A stretch of 51,743 nt of DNA, filler included, from Catajapyx aquilonaris (Eukaryota): the NCBI GenBank assembly GCA_000934665.2. It is 3 parts of 3 records of this genome, joined end to end, with 100 filler letters (N's around TTAATTAATTAA, not from the genome) between each part and the next. Parts side by side here need not be neighbours in the genome. Positions count along the whole stretch, not along the records: positions 20,639 to 36,117 come from JYFJ02007481.1; positions 36,218 to 51,743 come from JYFJ02007482.1; 1 more part is not named here. One strand, 5' to 3'. Positions 26,215 through 38,223 of this stretch are shown piece by piece (the first letter of the stretch is position 1; every line of letters starts with the position of its first letter). A program made the translations under genes and the position numbers. The notes beneath the pieces were generated by a model that worked only from the letters and a program-made list of their open reading frames with translations, was not told the DNA's origin and ran no database searches.

Positions 26215-26882
26215 TCCTAACTTACTAACTGCTAACTAGTAAACTACGCTACTAACTTTCACTGGTACAATCTTGAAACCTTGTATGACCATAATTACTC
26301 TGCTACATATACGCAAATGTGCAATTTACCAAGAGCTAATAACTCTTGCCAATACCCAATGACATTAAAATACATAATTGCTGCAGTGGACTTGGCCGCT
26401 TTTGATCTCAGACCCATCACTAGCCATTATTGTTACCCAACTTCTGCAGTATATTAAAATATATATATGTAAAATATATGCCTGTAAATGAGCTGACTAT
26501 TGGACCAAATAGCAAGTGATGACCAATGTACCGAATAAGCTATAATATTAACTCAGGGGGCTGGTTGAGGTAAGATTTTGGGTGAGGAGCAATGGTGATC
26601 ATTATATTTTGTAATAATTAGATTTGGTTCATGGCGGGGTGGTACGACGCATTCTTTTCCTACAAAATTTGTGAAAGGTGTACTGAAAATTTAAGTTTTT
26701 TAGAGGTTGGCCCGACGTAGCCTTACAACTTCATACGACCTCTGGCTTGATAAAGAAAGCGCCGGAAAAAGAAAGCCAAAGTAAATCGAAAAGAAAAAAG
26801 AAAGCAAACGCGAACAAGCGATCACTACAACAATTAACGAGTAACGCGAGCGGACGAGTGACATTAAGGCCGATTGTAACCC

Positions 26883-28633
26883 CTTTGGTAGGGTCAAACT
26901 CTGCCACGAGGTGGCAGTAGTTTTGGCCCATCTTATAACATGGTGTGCGGAGGCATTTTTTCGTCTCCTTTTTCTCCTTTATAACACAACCTAGAGACCT
27001 GGAATCTTCGCGCACAGAACGTCAACGTTTCACAAAATTATCTAGTGGACCCAGATAATTTTTAAGTGTCTTGGTTTTTTATTTGACGCCTATATGAAAA
27101 TTGGACTATTTTCGGATAAACTCGACAAATTGTCCTTTTCCACACTCAAGAAGGTATATGGTTGCCGGGAGGGGTAGAGGGGATGGGGTCAGAGAGGGGG
27201 GGATATATACGGGCCGGTTTTGGGACACCCTCCTCATTACATTTACAACCTACAACCCGAAATGTTGGGGTCATTCGTTCCAACTCAAGTGAGCCGAAAT
27301 GTTTCTGGGCCTGCAGGATTTTGGTGGGGAAAAATCACATGAGTACAAACTTCAGGCGTAACCCGAAATATCAAGTTTCAGTCAAATTATTACGCAAAAC
27401 CGTGTGGGGGGAGGGGGAGCTCCCAAAATTTTGGAAGGGGCTGAAAATGAACTATTTTTTGGCGCATTTTTCCAGTCAGTGGTTCCAAGTGGTCAAAACC
27501 AACTATACAACATCATGATCAAAAGAAAGAGAAAGACGAGAAGAATGAAACTTTGTAATAAGTTTTTCTCGTAAATGTAACCATAATGTGTGTGGCATTC
27601 CATCGGTCATGTGTCCAATTTTGGTGCTCCAAAAATTCACCAAAATGGGCTTCTTTTCAGCCCCTCCCAACGGTATAGCACAATATGGCTGAAACATAAT
27701 ATTAGCTTTTTTATGGCATAGGTGTGCACTTCTGTGATTTTTCAGGGTATAGGGTGGTGGAAAAGGGTCAGAGGCGGGGAAAGGGAGGCCCGGAGGGATG
27801 GCTGGGTAGGGGATGAGGTAGGATGGGGAAAGAATAGACTAGTTTTCTTTCACCATATTCGCCCCTGCCCCCGCCTAATCTGTCAGAAAAGGTTCCAATC
27901 CATCGTCCATCGAGTCATGCATTTCAAACACTAAAATACATGCAACTTTGAAATTAATAAATCACGGCACCAATCGAATGCAGCTCATCCTGTAGCCGAA
28001 AACTGTGGATTTCTGACGTTTACATGGCATGACAGAGATTTACGGCAATAACGGTTGTCACTGCCTGTCGTCAAAATCCCACTTTAGTACATATTGGATT
28101 TTTTTTTCCGAAACGCCCTGGTCCACCACTGGCAGGGGAACTGTGAGGAGAGGTGCAAGGTGCAAGTGCAAAAGTCGTTTTGTGAGTTGCCCCCCCNCCC
28201 CCCCCCGGTGGTTATTCTCAAGAAATCCCACTAAAAAGGGGTGAGGTTCGATGGCAGGCGGGGGAGGGGGGTTGTAAATGATACAAGGAGTCTCAAAGAA
28301 AACAGGTCCTTTCCCCCATTCTCTGACCCTTCCATTTCACGCCTGATTTCACGCCGCAACCATACCTTCCAGGTTCTGAACGGAAATATGTTGGGCTGCT
28401 CGGAAATCAGTTCAGTTTTCATATAGGCGTCAAATAAAAAACCAAGACACTTAAAAATTATCTGGGTCCACTAGATAATTTTGTGAAACGTTGACGTTCT
28501 GTGCGCGAAGATTCCAGGTCTCTAGGTTGTGTTATAAAGGAGAAAAAGGAGACAAAAAAATGCCTCCGCACACCATGTTATAAGATGGGCCAAAACTACT
28601 GCCACCTCGTGGCAGAGTTTGACCCTACCAAAG
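26883..28633. mobile_element. Young non-autonomous DNA transposon with about 220-bp near-identical TIRs (possibly piggyBac-like)
   Basis: 26883-27100 is the reverse complement of 28416-28633, giving the mirrored ORFs MREDSRSLG... The left flank is GTAACCCCTTTGG; the right end is cut at an N (28634). Confidence 0.8.
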
Positions 28634-29148
28634 NCCCCCCTCTCCCGTTGAAACCAAGGGGCGCAGGGCGCAGCCCCAAGGAACCCCCGGGGGCCCACCC
28701 AAACTAAAACCTTAAAACGCCATTCGCAACGAAGATACTTGAAAATGAAAAGGTCCCTCTACACCAAAGCGGCAGTCAAGACCGACCCGACCACCACTGC
28801 GGGAGAGCAGGCCCCACCGGCGTTTCAGCACCACCCCCGCGCCTCGCCGATCCCACCAGTTCTCCAGCTAACGTCGGGCCGCTCAAGCCCACCGCACAAG
28901 CTAAATGATGCGCGCAAAAACCTATCACTATTAAAACAAAAAGAAGTGACTCAAAAATACAGGGGACCATTTGAAAAGACTTTCCACAAAAAACTTAATG
29001 CTGAAAGCCCCCGCGGCCCAGCTACGGAGGGAAGGCTGTCATCTGAGAGCTGGATCTGTTCTCCTCCGAGAGGAATTGATCGACCGAGTGACAATATGTG
29101 GTGAAGGCCCGAAGTCCTCTCCCCATGAGCTCGGCTCCCGAGCACGGC

Positions 29149-29466
29149 TGTGACCGATCACGTTTTGAGAATGACTATACTCAACATACTTTTTTTGTTA
29201 TTGTGTGTACCATGTCATGTGACTTTTCCCGTCACTGTCTCCCATCATGCTTTGCGTTGCTCACTATTTAAGCACGCGCTTGGGAGGCCTCTTGGCCATT
29301 ATCTTGGAGAATATCCCGGAGACTGGTCGCTCCCTTCTACCTCCCCCTACCTTGCTCTCCTTATCCTCCCATCTTTGGTGACATACTTACGCTGAATAAA
29401 CTGTCTGTCCTGAAACTGAACCCACTGACTTTTCTGTTGTGTGTGCACCCTACCGCTCAGGTCACA
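29149..29466 (+). repeat. 5' LTR of Gypsy element 2
   Basis: TGTGACC...GGTCACA termini, TATTTAA and AATAAA, with the PBS 4 nt downstream. Confidence 0.9.
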
Positions 29467-29470
29467 TACG

Positions 29471-29488
29471 TGGTGTCAGAAGTGGGAT
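29471..29488 (+). promoter_or_regulatory. Primer binding site complementary to the tRNA-Leu 3' end
   Basis: TGGTGTCAGAAGTGGGAT is the reverse complement of ATCCCACTTCTGACACCA. Confidence 0.88.
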
Positions 29489-29899
29489 TCTGATCTCCTT
29501 CGTGAGTTTCAGAACTTGTTCAGACAGTACAGGTATACGCAGTTTGACTCGTCATACGAGTACGAGTGTATTTCTGGTATATCTTAACGTTTCCTTTTCG
29601 AAGGATACGTGTTGTGTATCGTATTCGTGCACACTTACGAGTACGACACCGAGTTGGGTTTCAGTCCCATTGTGGTATAGTTCATTTCGCACGCGTGTGT
29701 GTACTTTTGGGTTTCTTAGGCTTAAGAGTGTTGATTTATGAGTGTTCTTATTGTGGTACTATTGTGGTATTATTGTGGTGTGTGTAAAAAGGATCCGGTG
29801 TGCGTCTCCCCGCGGGTGAGACGTGTGGCACCCCCCTTCTGTGGCTGGTGGTTTTTTCCATTGGTTGTTGGTCTGTTCATAAGAGTTGTGTTAGTCGAG

Positions 29900-30908
29900 A
29901 TGGCATCTGGAATTCCTCCTCTGTCGAAGTACGACGGATCCTCTCCATTCTCGGAGTGGAAAGAATGGGACGAGGCTAAGCAATTGAAGAGTCCAGGGGA
30001 AAAAGGGGGAATGTCACACAAAAAATGTTCGTGAGAAATCGAAGAAATTGCTTTATTTCTTCACGTGTATAAGGAATAATAGGGATATCTTCACGTCATT
30101 ATATGCAACTGTCCCCCTTGTACCCATAGAAAGCCTCCAGGTATAAGTGGCACCTACGCTACTATTGTACTGTGCACTTGGCAGGAACCCCAATGGAATT
30201 TGACATTCCCCATTTTTCCCCTGGACTCTTCAATTGTCACGCCTACCGCTTTTTCTGGAGGGTAGTGCTTTTCATGCCTATCGCCTCCTCACACCTCTGC
30301 AGAAAGTTGATTTTGCGACTACGTGTACCTCTTTAGAGTCATCCTTAACCCGGTGGCTCCTAAGGTGTTGCAACAGAGTAAAGCCTCATTGGTGACTCTG
30401 AAATCACATCCAACCGCCCCTCCAGAAACAGTCTCACAACTGACCTGCGGAAGGATGTTTGAGTCCCTTCCTCGGGACACCCAGCGACAGATCATGGCTC
30501 AAGACCTGTCGTTTCTTGAAGACGTTTTGTGTATGGCAAAGCTGACAGACGGCATAAATAAGTGGCAGTCGAGTCACTACACCCACCACATGGCCCCCAT
30601 CCACATGAGCCAAGTCTTGTTGGTTACAATAAAATGTGTCCGCTGAATCTCCTTCAGGACCTGTGCGGTCCCAGACTTTTGTTAGGGGACGTGGGCGCGG
30701 CCATAACCACGGAAGAGGCCGAGGTCGTGGGGCAGGTCGAGGTTCTGGTCGAGGTAAAACTCCTTCGCAATCCTCCAACAGCGATACAAACGCTGCGGTG
30801 TGTGAGTATTGTAAGAAACCACGGCACACTATGCAGGCCTGTTGGAAGCGACAGAAAGATGTCGCAGAGTGGGAGAATACCAGACCCGATCTCCCGGGAA
30901 ACTACTAG
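29900..30908 (+). pseudogene. gag: Gypsy gag pseudogene
   Basis: MASGIPPLSKYDGSSPFSEW..WDEAKQL|MITE|SRLPLFLEGSAFHAYRLL..., then an RG-rich tract and the CCHC knuckle CEYCKKPRHTMQAC, ending PGNY*. Confidence 0.85.
29986..30231. mobile_element. MITE with AATT TSD (Sola1-like) inserted in gag
   Basis: AATT|GAAGAGTCCAGGGGAAAAA..GGGGAATGTCA...TGACATTCCCC..CCCCTGGACTCTTC|AATT. Excision restores the gag frame (CAA TTG TCA). Confidence 0.85.
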
Positions 30909-32170
30909 AGGCCGGAGTGACGAGGCAAACCCCGGCCCAAATCAACGCCTCTGAAACCTTAACCCCTCCATCTCCAGTGTCTGTCCTCTCCGCCACAACT
31001 GCTATGGTCTCCCTGTATGGTCAGGAATACCGAGCATTGGTTGATAGTGGAGCTGTTTGCTCTGTTATTGGTCTAAATGGGTGGAACTCGATTCCCTCCG
31101 ACCTAAAGCCCCCTTTGCTCCCATGTTCTGTTGTGTTACGAGTAGGAGATGGCAGACGTCTCCAGCCCATTGGGAAAGCATGGCTTCCCATATCCTTAGG
31201 TGACGTTACGTATCAGCTATATTTTGTGGTTGTAGCCGATCCTATTGAGGAGGTCATCTTAGGAATCGACTTCCTTAAGTTATCAGGTAGTCATTTGTAT
31301 TTTGACACTGATACTCTCACCTGCAAAAACCCGTCGCAGGTAGACTCCCCTTCTTCCCGTACCTCTGTCATAGTGAAACTTTCACTTTGTCAATCCGTTA
31401 CACTCCCTCCACAAAGCGAGGCGATTGTTTCGTGTTACGTGGGTGAATCCCCACACTAAGTGGACACTGGTATTGTGGAACCAAATTGGACAAATTTGGA
31501 TCAATTCCATGTACTGTTGGCTAGGTGTCTAGTGTCCCCTACCCGCTCCCAGGATCGCTATGTCGTTCCTGTTAGAGTGGCAAATTTCCTACCTCAGAGC
31601 ACATCCCTACCAGAATCCATTACTATAGGATATCTGGCTCCTGTTTCCACCGAAGTTCCTTGAACTGAGAACGAGTACGTCCTTCACGACGATCTTAACC
31701 TTCCCATACCTACCCCTACTTCCTCACCTGAATGGATAGCGGAAACGCTGAAAGAAGTATCTCTGCCACCCACTGAACTGAAGGCGTTCAGAGTTTGTTG
31801 GAAAAGTACCAACATTTGTTCAGTACAAGTCAGTTTGATTTGGGCCGAACTGAAATGGTACCCCACGTCATCGATACAGGTGACAGCCGGCCCCTCAAAC
31901 AACCATTCCGGAGGGTGGCTCCCTATCAGAAACAGATTATCACGCAACAAGTACAGGCTATGACCCAACAAGGGATCATCAGCCCCAGCCATAGTCCCTG
32001 GAGTAGCCCCATTTGTTTAGTGTCCAAACCAGACGGTAGCCCCCGCTTTTGTATTGATTACCGTAAGGTAAATGCGGTTACCTGTCTGGATGCTTATCCT
32101 CCACCCCGAGTAGACGACTCATTGGACGCCCTATCTGGAGCTAAATATTTCTCCACACTGGACCTGACCT
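30896..32170 (+). pseudogene. pol: Gypsy pol N-terminal pseudogene (protease, spacer, RT start)
   Basis: RALVDSGAVCS..ILGIDFL, then DLGRTE..HVIDTGD..SPWSSPI..RFCIDYRKVN..YFSTLDL, with premature stops. Confidence 0.9.
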
Positions 32171-32172
32171 CT

Positions 32173-32265
32173 GATAGGTTTCATGGTCAACTTTGGTGAC
32201 CCGCCACTTCCGGTCTTCCGGGTTCACTCTATCCGCACAAGTCTACTTTACGGGCGGGTTATCGT
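32173..32265 (+). mobile_element. Terminus of an ATAGGTTTCATGGTCAAC repeat (PIF/ISL2EU-like) where Gypsy 2 is truncated
   Basis: Matches the reverse complement of about 42467-42555. Confidence 0.6.
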
Positions 32266-32838
32266 TGGATTTCGAAGTTAGTTTCCGTGTATTCCTGACC
32301 GTGTTTTTCGGGGATTTACTCCGGGTTTTACCTGACTCTCTGGCACAGGGGCTGATTCCTGACGTTGGACGTGTTTGCAATGAGCGTCATCGGCCGCCAT
32401 GATGTTATCGCCCAAGCCGATACTGGAATCGATATGTTGCCTAGGTTACGATATATCGATTCACACATGCTCCCTGAAAGAATGAGAAAAGGTCTAGAAA
32501 CTGATTACACACTTCATTATAATTATGTGGTCGCTAATGTAATCCCATGGAGTATGAAAATGTATTATTTTTGGAACTTTAAGACGTCATAACTTTTGCA
32601 AATATGGGGTTCCGCACGAAATATTTCATTTTTGGGTATCATATATTGTCCTGTATTAGCACGTCCAATTTCATCAAGATCCGTCATTATCACCCCATGA
32701 CCTTCCCTTGTTAGTATCTTTGCTACAGTTGCAGTCTAGAGAGAAATGAGTAAAACATTTGTCAGCTGTGAGGAGCAGCACATGAAATGCAGAAAACTTG
32801 AAAACCATTCAGTAACGTGAAGGCCGTGTCATCTAATA

Positions 32839-34735
32839 GAGGAGAAGGTCTAAATATGGACAGTGGTCTAAATATGGGATTTGGGTGTATCAACACTGCT
32901 GGGTGCTGCAGGTTGGCGGAGAGTGAGGGAAATTGTTCGGAGAAGAAGACAAAGGTCGCTGAGTCACTTCGCTGCAGGGTGCGAAGGCTGCCTCGTCTGT
33001 TGGGCGCTTTTCCGTAAATTGCACCACAGAAAACTTTGCGCAGGTACCTGTGCACTTTCCCCCCCCATTCTCGCTTACTTCGCATGGATTATCACATGCG
33101 CAGTGCATTACGCCATATGGCCCTTTACTATGATTCAATTAGTTTCTAAAATATGAATATGGGGGCGTCATCATACCTTGTGTAAGGTGGCGAGATTAAA
33201 TGTGATCACGCAATCCAGGAGTAAAGCAAAAAAATTCCAGGAATGCGTTATATCAGCCACGAGTTTGCTAATATGGGAAGGATTTCCTAAAAATGTAGCT
33301 GGGATCTGACCGTGACGCGTCAAAGTTTGATAACAGACCCATTATGTAGATACTCAGCCTCCAGTAGAAGAATAGAGTGTGATGACACTCTATCAATGCC
33401 CATTGTATGAAGGGGGGTGGGCAGGGCTACCTCAAAGTGCTATTGAAAGTAATACGGGGATGAACTATTGGCGTTACTCAATAAGTTACATTATAGTGGG
33501 TTTTTTTTGGGATAATTGGGTAACAAAAGGATTGCCTTGTTTAGACTTGGTTGTGTGAAGGCAATATGGGTTTTTCTTTAATTTTATTTATTTATTTTCT
33601 TTCTTATTGTAAATAAAGCTATTGATTGCACAATTAACTGTCCAGTAATTATTGTGGTTGGTCTCATCTGGTCTCATATCTGCCCAACCCACCACTTTCA
33701 TGTGGAGCAATGGCCGGCAGACTTATCTGTGTTTTTTTCTTTGGAACGAAATTGCGGTTAAGTGTGGATGCAGGTGAGTTTTGGGACACCCTGTGTCCGC
33801 CTTACCTTTACACTTGTGAAACAAAAATGGCGTGATGGTCTAAATATGGGATTGGCATGAGGTTTAAATATGGACAGCCTGAGAAGGCTAATGTAGTTGG
33901 CACTCCGTATTCGCGGTATTTTCTGACAATTTTCTGCACTTCCTATTCGCTTCCAGGACCTTTCGTAGATGCGCAAATCCATTGTCCATAGCTGTTATGC
34001 TACATTGTTCAGGTTATAATGACAAGACAAAAGAATCACTCCTCAATAATTTTTTCACAATTTTTTTTCGATCCGGTGTTGACTGAAACCGCGAATACGG
34101 AGGAACGACTGTATTCTCTTATGGTTTCCACAGAATTTCTGCGTGTTAGACTTAATTCTAACCATTTTTATGAATATTATGTTTGCTGTCCATATTTACA
34201 CCACTTTTTCAAACATCGTGATTTTGCCAATTCTCGAAAATCACACATTCATTCGGACATGAAGCACTTCATGAACTGTATCATGTTGTTACATTAAAGA
34301 GCATTGTTCACAGATGTATATTCAATGTTTCATTATTGCTATATAATAATATAATAATAATAATTGATACCCCATTATCAGCCCTTTGGGCTTTATTAGG
34401 GGGGGGGGATTTCTCCCAAATTTTTTGTCTGGAACTCTTTCAATTTTTACTATACTTTTTCATCGGAATTGAGGCAAGGATAGGTAAGGAATGAAGTGGC
34501 TGTGGCCTATAATTACGGTAACGACCCCGGAATTATCCTGCGATGACCATGGGAAACCGCAGAAAACCATGATCAGGGTCGCCGGTCTCCGGGATTCGAA
34601 CCCAGGACCTCCCGATTAGCAGTCGGACACCATACCACTCCACCACTACTGCTTCGGTTCATTATTGCTATATGTACTTGTTCTTTAAGGTATAAGCAAA
34701 AGACAAAGTGGTGTCCATATTTAGACCTTCTCCTC
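32839..34735. mobile_element. TA-flanked TIR element (pogo/Tc1-like) containing a SINE
   Basis: TA|GAGGAGAAGGTCTAAATATGGACA...TGTCCATATTTAGACCTTCTCCTC|TA, with internal repeats of GGTCTAAATATGG near 32865, 33837 and 33861. Confidence 0.75.
34345..34658 (-). mobile_element. tRNA-derived SINE family A, copy 2
   Basis: Homologous to 10925-11238. TSD TCATTATTGCTATAT at 34330-34344 and 34659-34673. Confidence 0.92.
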
Positions 34736-35215
34736 TAAGTTCTTACGTTGTGACGCAATCACTTTAAATTACGTAAAATTACGTAAAGAACCTGCGTTAC
34801 TTTCAGAGATTATTCGGCTTCATTACACTTTTTAATTAAATTTCTAACCCAGCTTATTGGATCTGTAAAGTGCAGATCCTAATCGGATTAAGTAACTTCG
34901 ATCTCCCCCCAAAAATGGGATTGCCAGGTATTTAACTCCTTCACTACCTGCCACCTAGAATCTAGGCGATGAGAACTGTACCGACAGGTACTATACCCAG
35001 CTATATCCGCCATCGCCAAGTTTTCCGCTTACGCCTGCTCGGAAGATACGAACAAGATATTTTACAAACAATAACAGCTATACTTACCCGTTCATGGGAA
35101 ATACTACGAATGTGTTGGTAACGATTTTCATTCCACAGAAGTCCCTAAATTAATTTCCAAAAAGATCGCTGTAAAAGATGAAAATCCAAGTACTATCGGC
35201 CAACTGTTAGGCTGA

Positions 35216-35964
35216 TTTAATTATTTATTTATTTTATTTATTTTTTATTTTAATTTACCCCATGTTCGAGCCTTTGGCTCGTTTTGGGGGACACAGCAAC
35301 ATATGTATTACATACAAGTTCGGTATGTGTGCATTAATGCTCATTTATATTTACAATTTTGATCACGTTTTGAAAAAAGGAGAACAATTTATGAAGAGTA
35401 CATCTGGTTTTTGGCTATTTGTAAAGAGCATCAAGATCTGGTCAGGTGGAAATTTGGGTATATCAAACAGGTATTTCCGTCTTGGAGGAATGAACAAGGG
35501 GCATTCATAAAGTATACGAAAAATTGAACAGTTAACCTGCCAATTGCACCAAACACACTGTTCCTCTGATTCTATTTTAAGTTGCTCGTTTTGTTTTAAT
35601 TTTACATAGCAGGAGTTATTTCGCAAATTCGCTAACAACCGAATATGGGATATTGGCAGGTCTATGTTAAAATAGCTTTCTCTCTGGAATTCGTCTTTTA
35701 CGTCTTTGTAGCTTATATATCTACTGGTTTTTTGTAGTCTGTTTATTAAATCGTTTTTTAGCGCCAGTTCAATTGTTTCAAGGATCTTTGGGAGCTCATC
35801 TGCCGACTTTTTCCAATTTGCTGCTAGAGGTTGGAAGGTTTTTGAGCAACTTGCCAGCCAATTTAACCTCTCTTTTGGACTTAATTCTTTTTGTGTAGTG
35901 TATAAGTATGCTGCTTTAAGAAGTTCATTTTTTGAGCTTGTTTCTATATTGAGTATAAATTTTA
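35216..35964 (-). mobile_element. Non-LTR retrotransposon (LINE) 3' end: ORF2 C-terminus, 3' UTR and A-rich tail
   Basis: ORF 35363..35977(-) contains RLLANLR...CVWCNWQVNCSIFRILYECPLFIPPRRKYL, a degenerate C-terminal CCHC motif. A 3' stem-loop and a (TAAA)-like tail follow at 35216-35255. Confidence 0.8.
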
Positions 35965-36117
35965 GGCCCGTATTCATAATGGAATTCGAACGCGGGGTCG
36001 GGGTTGAACCCGGGGTTGATGCGGAGTTGACCCCGGGTTCGTATTCATAATGGCCTTGAAACCCCGCGATCCGGGGTTGAGTCGGGCGGGGAGTTGACCC
36101 CGGTCCTCGACCAGGGT
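35965..36117 (+). mobile_element. PIF/Harbinger MITE end inserted into the LINE, running into the gap
   Basis: TTA|GGCCCGTATTCATAA terminus with repeated GGGGTTGA/ACCCCG subterminal motifs. Confidence 0.6.
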
Positions 36118-36217
36118 NNNNNNNNNNNNNNNNNNNNNNNNNNNNNNNNNNNNNNNNNNNNTTAATTAATTAANNNNNNNNNNNNNNNNNNNNNNNNNNN
36201 NNNNNNNNNNNNNNNNN
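36118..36217. other. Assembly gap linker
   Basis: 44 N + TTAATTAATTAA + 44 N. Confidence 0.97.
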
Positions 36218-36330
36218 GACCGTGGGAAACCACAGAAAACCACGGTCAGAGTTGCCGGCACCGGGATTCGAACCCAGGACCTCCCGATTAGCAGTCAGAC
36301 GCCTTATCCACTATTCCAACCTGCTTCGGT
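36218..36330 (-). mobile_element. tRNA-derived SINE family A, 5' part (rest in the gap)
   Basis: GGGATTCGAACCCAGGACCTCCCGATTAGC...CTGCTTCGGT, as in the other copies. Confidence 0.88.
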
Positions 36331-36334
36331 TATA

Positions 36335-37276
36335 CATGGTTGGGCAAAATGTATGGCCTGATTTGAATCACGTGGTACTATGATGCTGTTTGAGCATGCA
36401 GGGGATATTGGCATGTGCTGGAGTGGGGAAGGTTTGCCATTTGCAAGAATGGTGTCGTGGTCGCCAGAGCACTGTGCATTCCTTGTGGAGACTTATTTTA
36501 AAATTAACGAGTTCCCCATAGCTCTACGAAGGATATTTCTTAGCCATTTTGAACTGGGATATCAGGACGAAGTAATCAGACAAACATAAGGTGAGTGAAG
36601 CAATTCCTGAACACATCATCATGCCTGAACCAGAATAGCACTGTCCAAGGAGTCCTTGGACAGTGCTATTCTAGGACACAACGGACCCCCACCCAAAGGG
36701 TATTCAACACACAACTCCGAATTCCTGGGCTATTGGCCGTTCCAAGCGTCCAAAAAGGTTCTTCGGGCCACTTTGTCCCTTGCTTTCAATTGTTGCACAG
36801 CTTGATCTTGTAAGGATATAAGTGCAGGACATCATGGATGATGTAGCACAGGGAGTGTGCCAACATTCATAGTGCCAAGGCATGATGCCTAACTGCTGAT
36901 CACTAAGGACTTCGGAGGAGCGGGTTGTGTACATCTTGGGAGGGTTGGCTATGTCCTTGGATGTCCAGTGCTTTTTGGTTTCTGATGCTGTGTCCCGGAA
37001 CTGCTTCACCCCCCTTATGATTGCCTGATAGTCGGGGACTTGGTTCTGACGTCCCAGCCCAAAATGGTGAAGAAAGATCCTTTGCACAGCTCTGGTGGAG
37101 TCATTATTTTTAAAATAAATCTCCATGATGACTGCACGGTGCTTTGCAGACCAATACACCATTTTTGCAAATGGCAAACCTTCCTTACTCCAGCACATGC
37201 CCATATCTCTTGCATGCTCAAACAGCACCACCGTACTACGTGATTCAAATCAGGCCATACATTTTGCCCAACCCTG
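36335..37276 (-). mobile_element. Tc1/mariner (rosa/maT-like) element with long TIRs and an N-terminal transposase pseudogene
   Basis: TA|CATGGTTGGGCAAAATGTATGGCCTG...CAGGCCATACATTTTGCCCAACCCTG|TA. The minus strand from 37162 reads MVYWSAKHRAVIMEIYFKNNDSTRAVQRIFLHHFGLGRQNQVPDYQAIIRGVKQFRDTAS..HLYPYKI..VQQLK (DUF4817-type HTH). Confidence 0.85.
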
Positions 37277-37280
37277 TATA

Positions 37281-38219
37281 TGGGTGATTCTCCAAAACTT
37301 ACAATTTTCAAAGCAAGAATTAATGAATTTCAAAACTTGTTTTAAAAATCTGGAAAAATTCTCACTTACTCTATATGAGGTCACAAATCAGGGAAAAATA
37401 TGGAGAACTAATTCTGATATTCTAATGCCAGGAGAGTGAATATTTCCAGGAGTTCGGGAGCCAGAAGAATGACCTATGCATGCAATAGGATTAATATCAC
37501 GGTCAAGAACAAAGGTTGACTCTGGACATTTCTGTGGGTTCAAGAAGACCCTTCATGCCATGGAATCAGAGTTCTTTCAAAACATTTAAACTATTTTGTG
37601 ACATAGAAAAATGAGCCAGGAGTGTGAGCTTTTTATTTCCGGGAGTTTGGGAGCCAGAAGAATTGACCTTTGGATGCATTAGGATCGATTAGGATTAATA
37701 TCACGGTCCAGAACAAACGTTGACTCTGGAAATTTCTGTGGGTTCAAGAAGACCCTTCATGCTATGGAATCATAGTCATTTCAAAACATTTAAGCTATTT
37801 TATGACATAGAAAAATGAGCCAGGAGTGTGAACTTTTTATTTCCGGGAAAACTCGGGACACACTTTGGAGTGATGCAGCCAGGTCATGTCAAATGAATAA
37901 ATCGTTTTAAAAATGTTCTTTTATACCTGCAACTATGTACAATTTAATTATAGTATTGAAACTTGTCTAATGTTAATAATAAAATTGTAAGAAAATATAG
38001 CATGCTTAAAATGAGATCGGGACATGCCAAGAATAGTGACTTTAGGCCCTTTGACATTTTTTGCAGTAAAACTTAATTTAATATTTTTCTTTGTTTTCAT
38101 GGGGATGGCTAGGTGTCAACTGCTTCTCCAAATGTTTAAAAAATCAACTCTCTCAGTCAAGCCATTTTTGAGTTATTATGCCGGGACATGGTATTGGTAA
38201 GTTTTTGGAGAATCACCCA
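37281..38219. mobile_element. TA-flanked Tc1/mariner-type MITE with an internal tandem duplication of about 200 bp
   Basis: TGGGTGATTCTCCAAAACTTAC...GTAAGTTTTTGGAGAATCACCCA. The duplicated block is at about 37425-37640 and 37640-37845. Confidence 0.8.
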
Positions 38220-38223
38220 TATA

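Larger units (their letters stand above)
29149..32170 (+). mobile_element. Ty3/Gypsy LTR retrotransposon 2 (5' LTR to mid-RT; 3' truncated)
   Basis: LTR, PBS, gag with a CCHC knuckle, protease LVDSGA, and RT up to YFSTLDL. Confidence 0.93.

Noticed and set aside
25094..29466. The two LTRs as a pair flanking one element
   Set aside because: Their sequences differ substantially. One follows pol and a purine tract, and the other precedes a PBS and gag.
35965..35977. ATG start (MNTGL) of the 204-aa ORF
   Set aside because: The ATG comes from the inserted Harbinger terminus; the ORF is a truncated LINE ORF2 tail.
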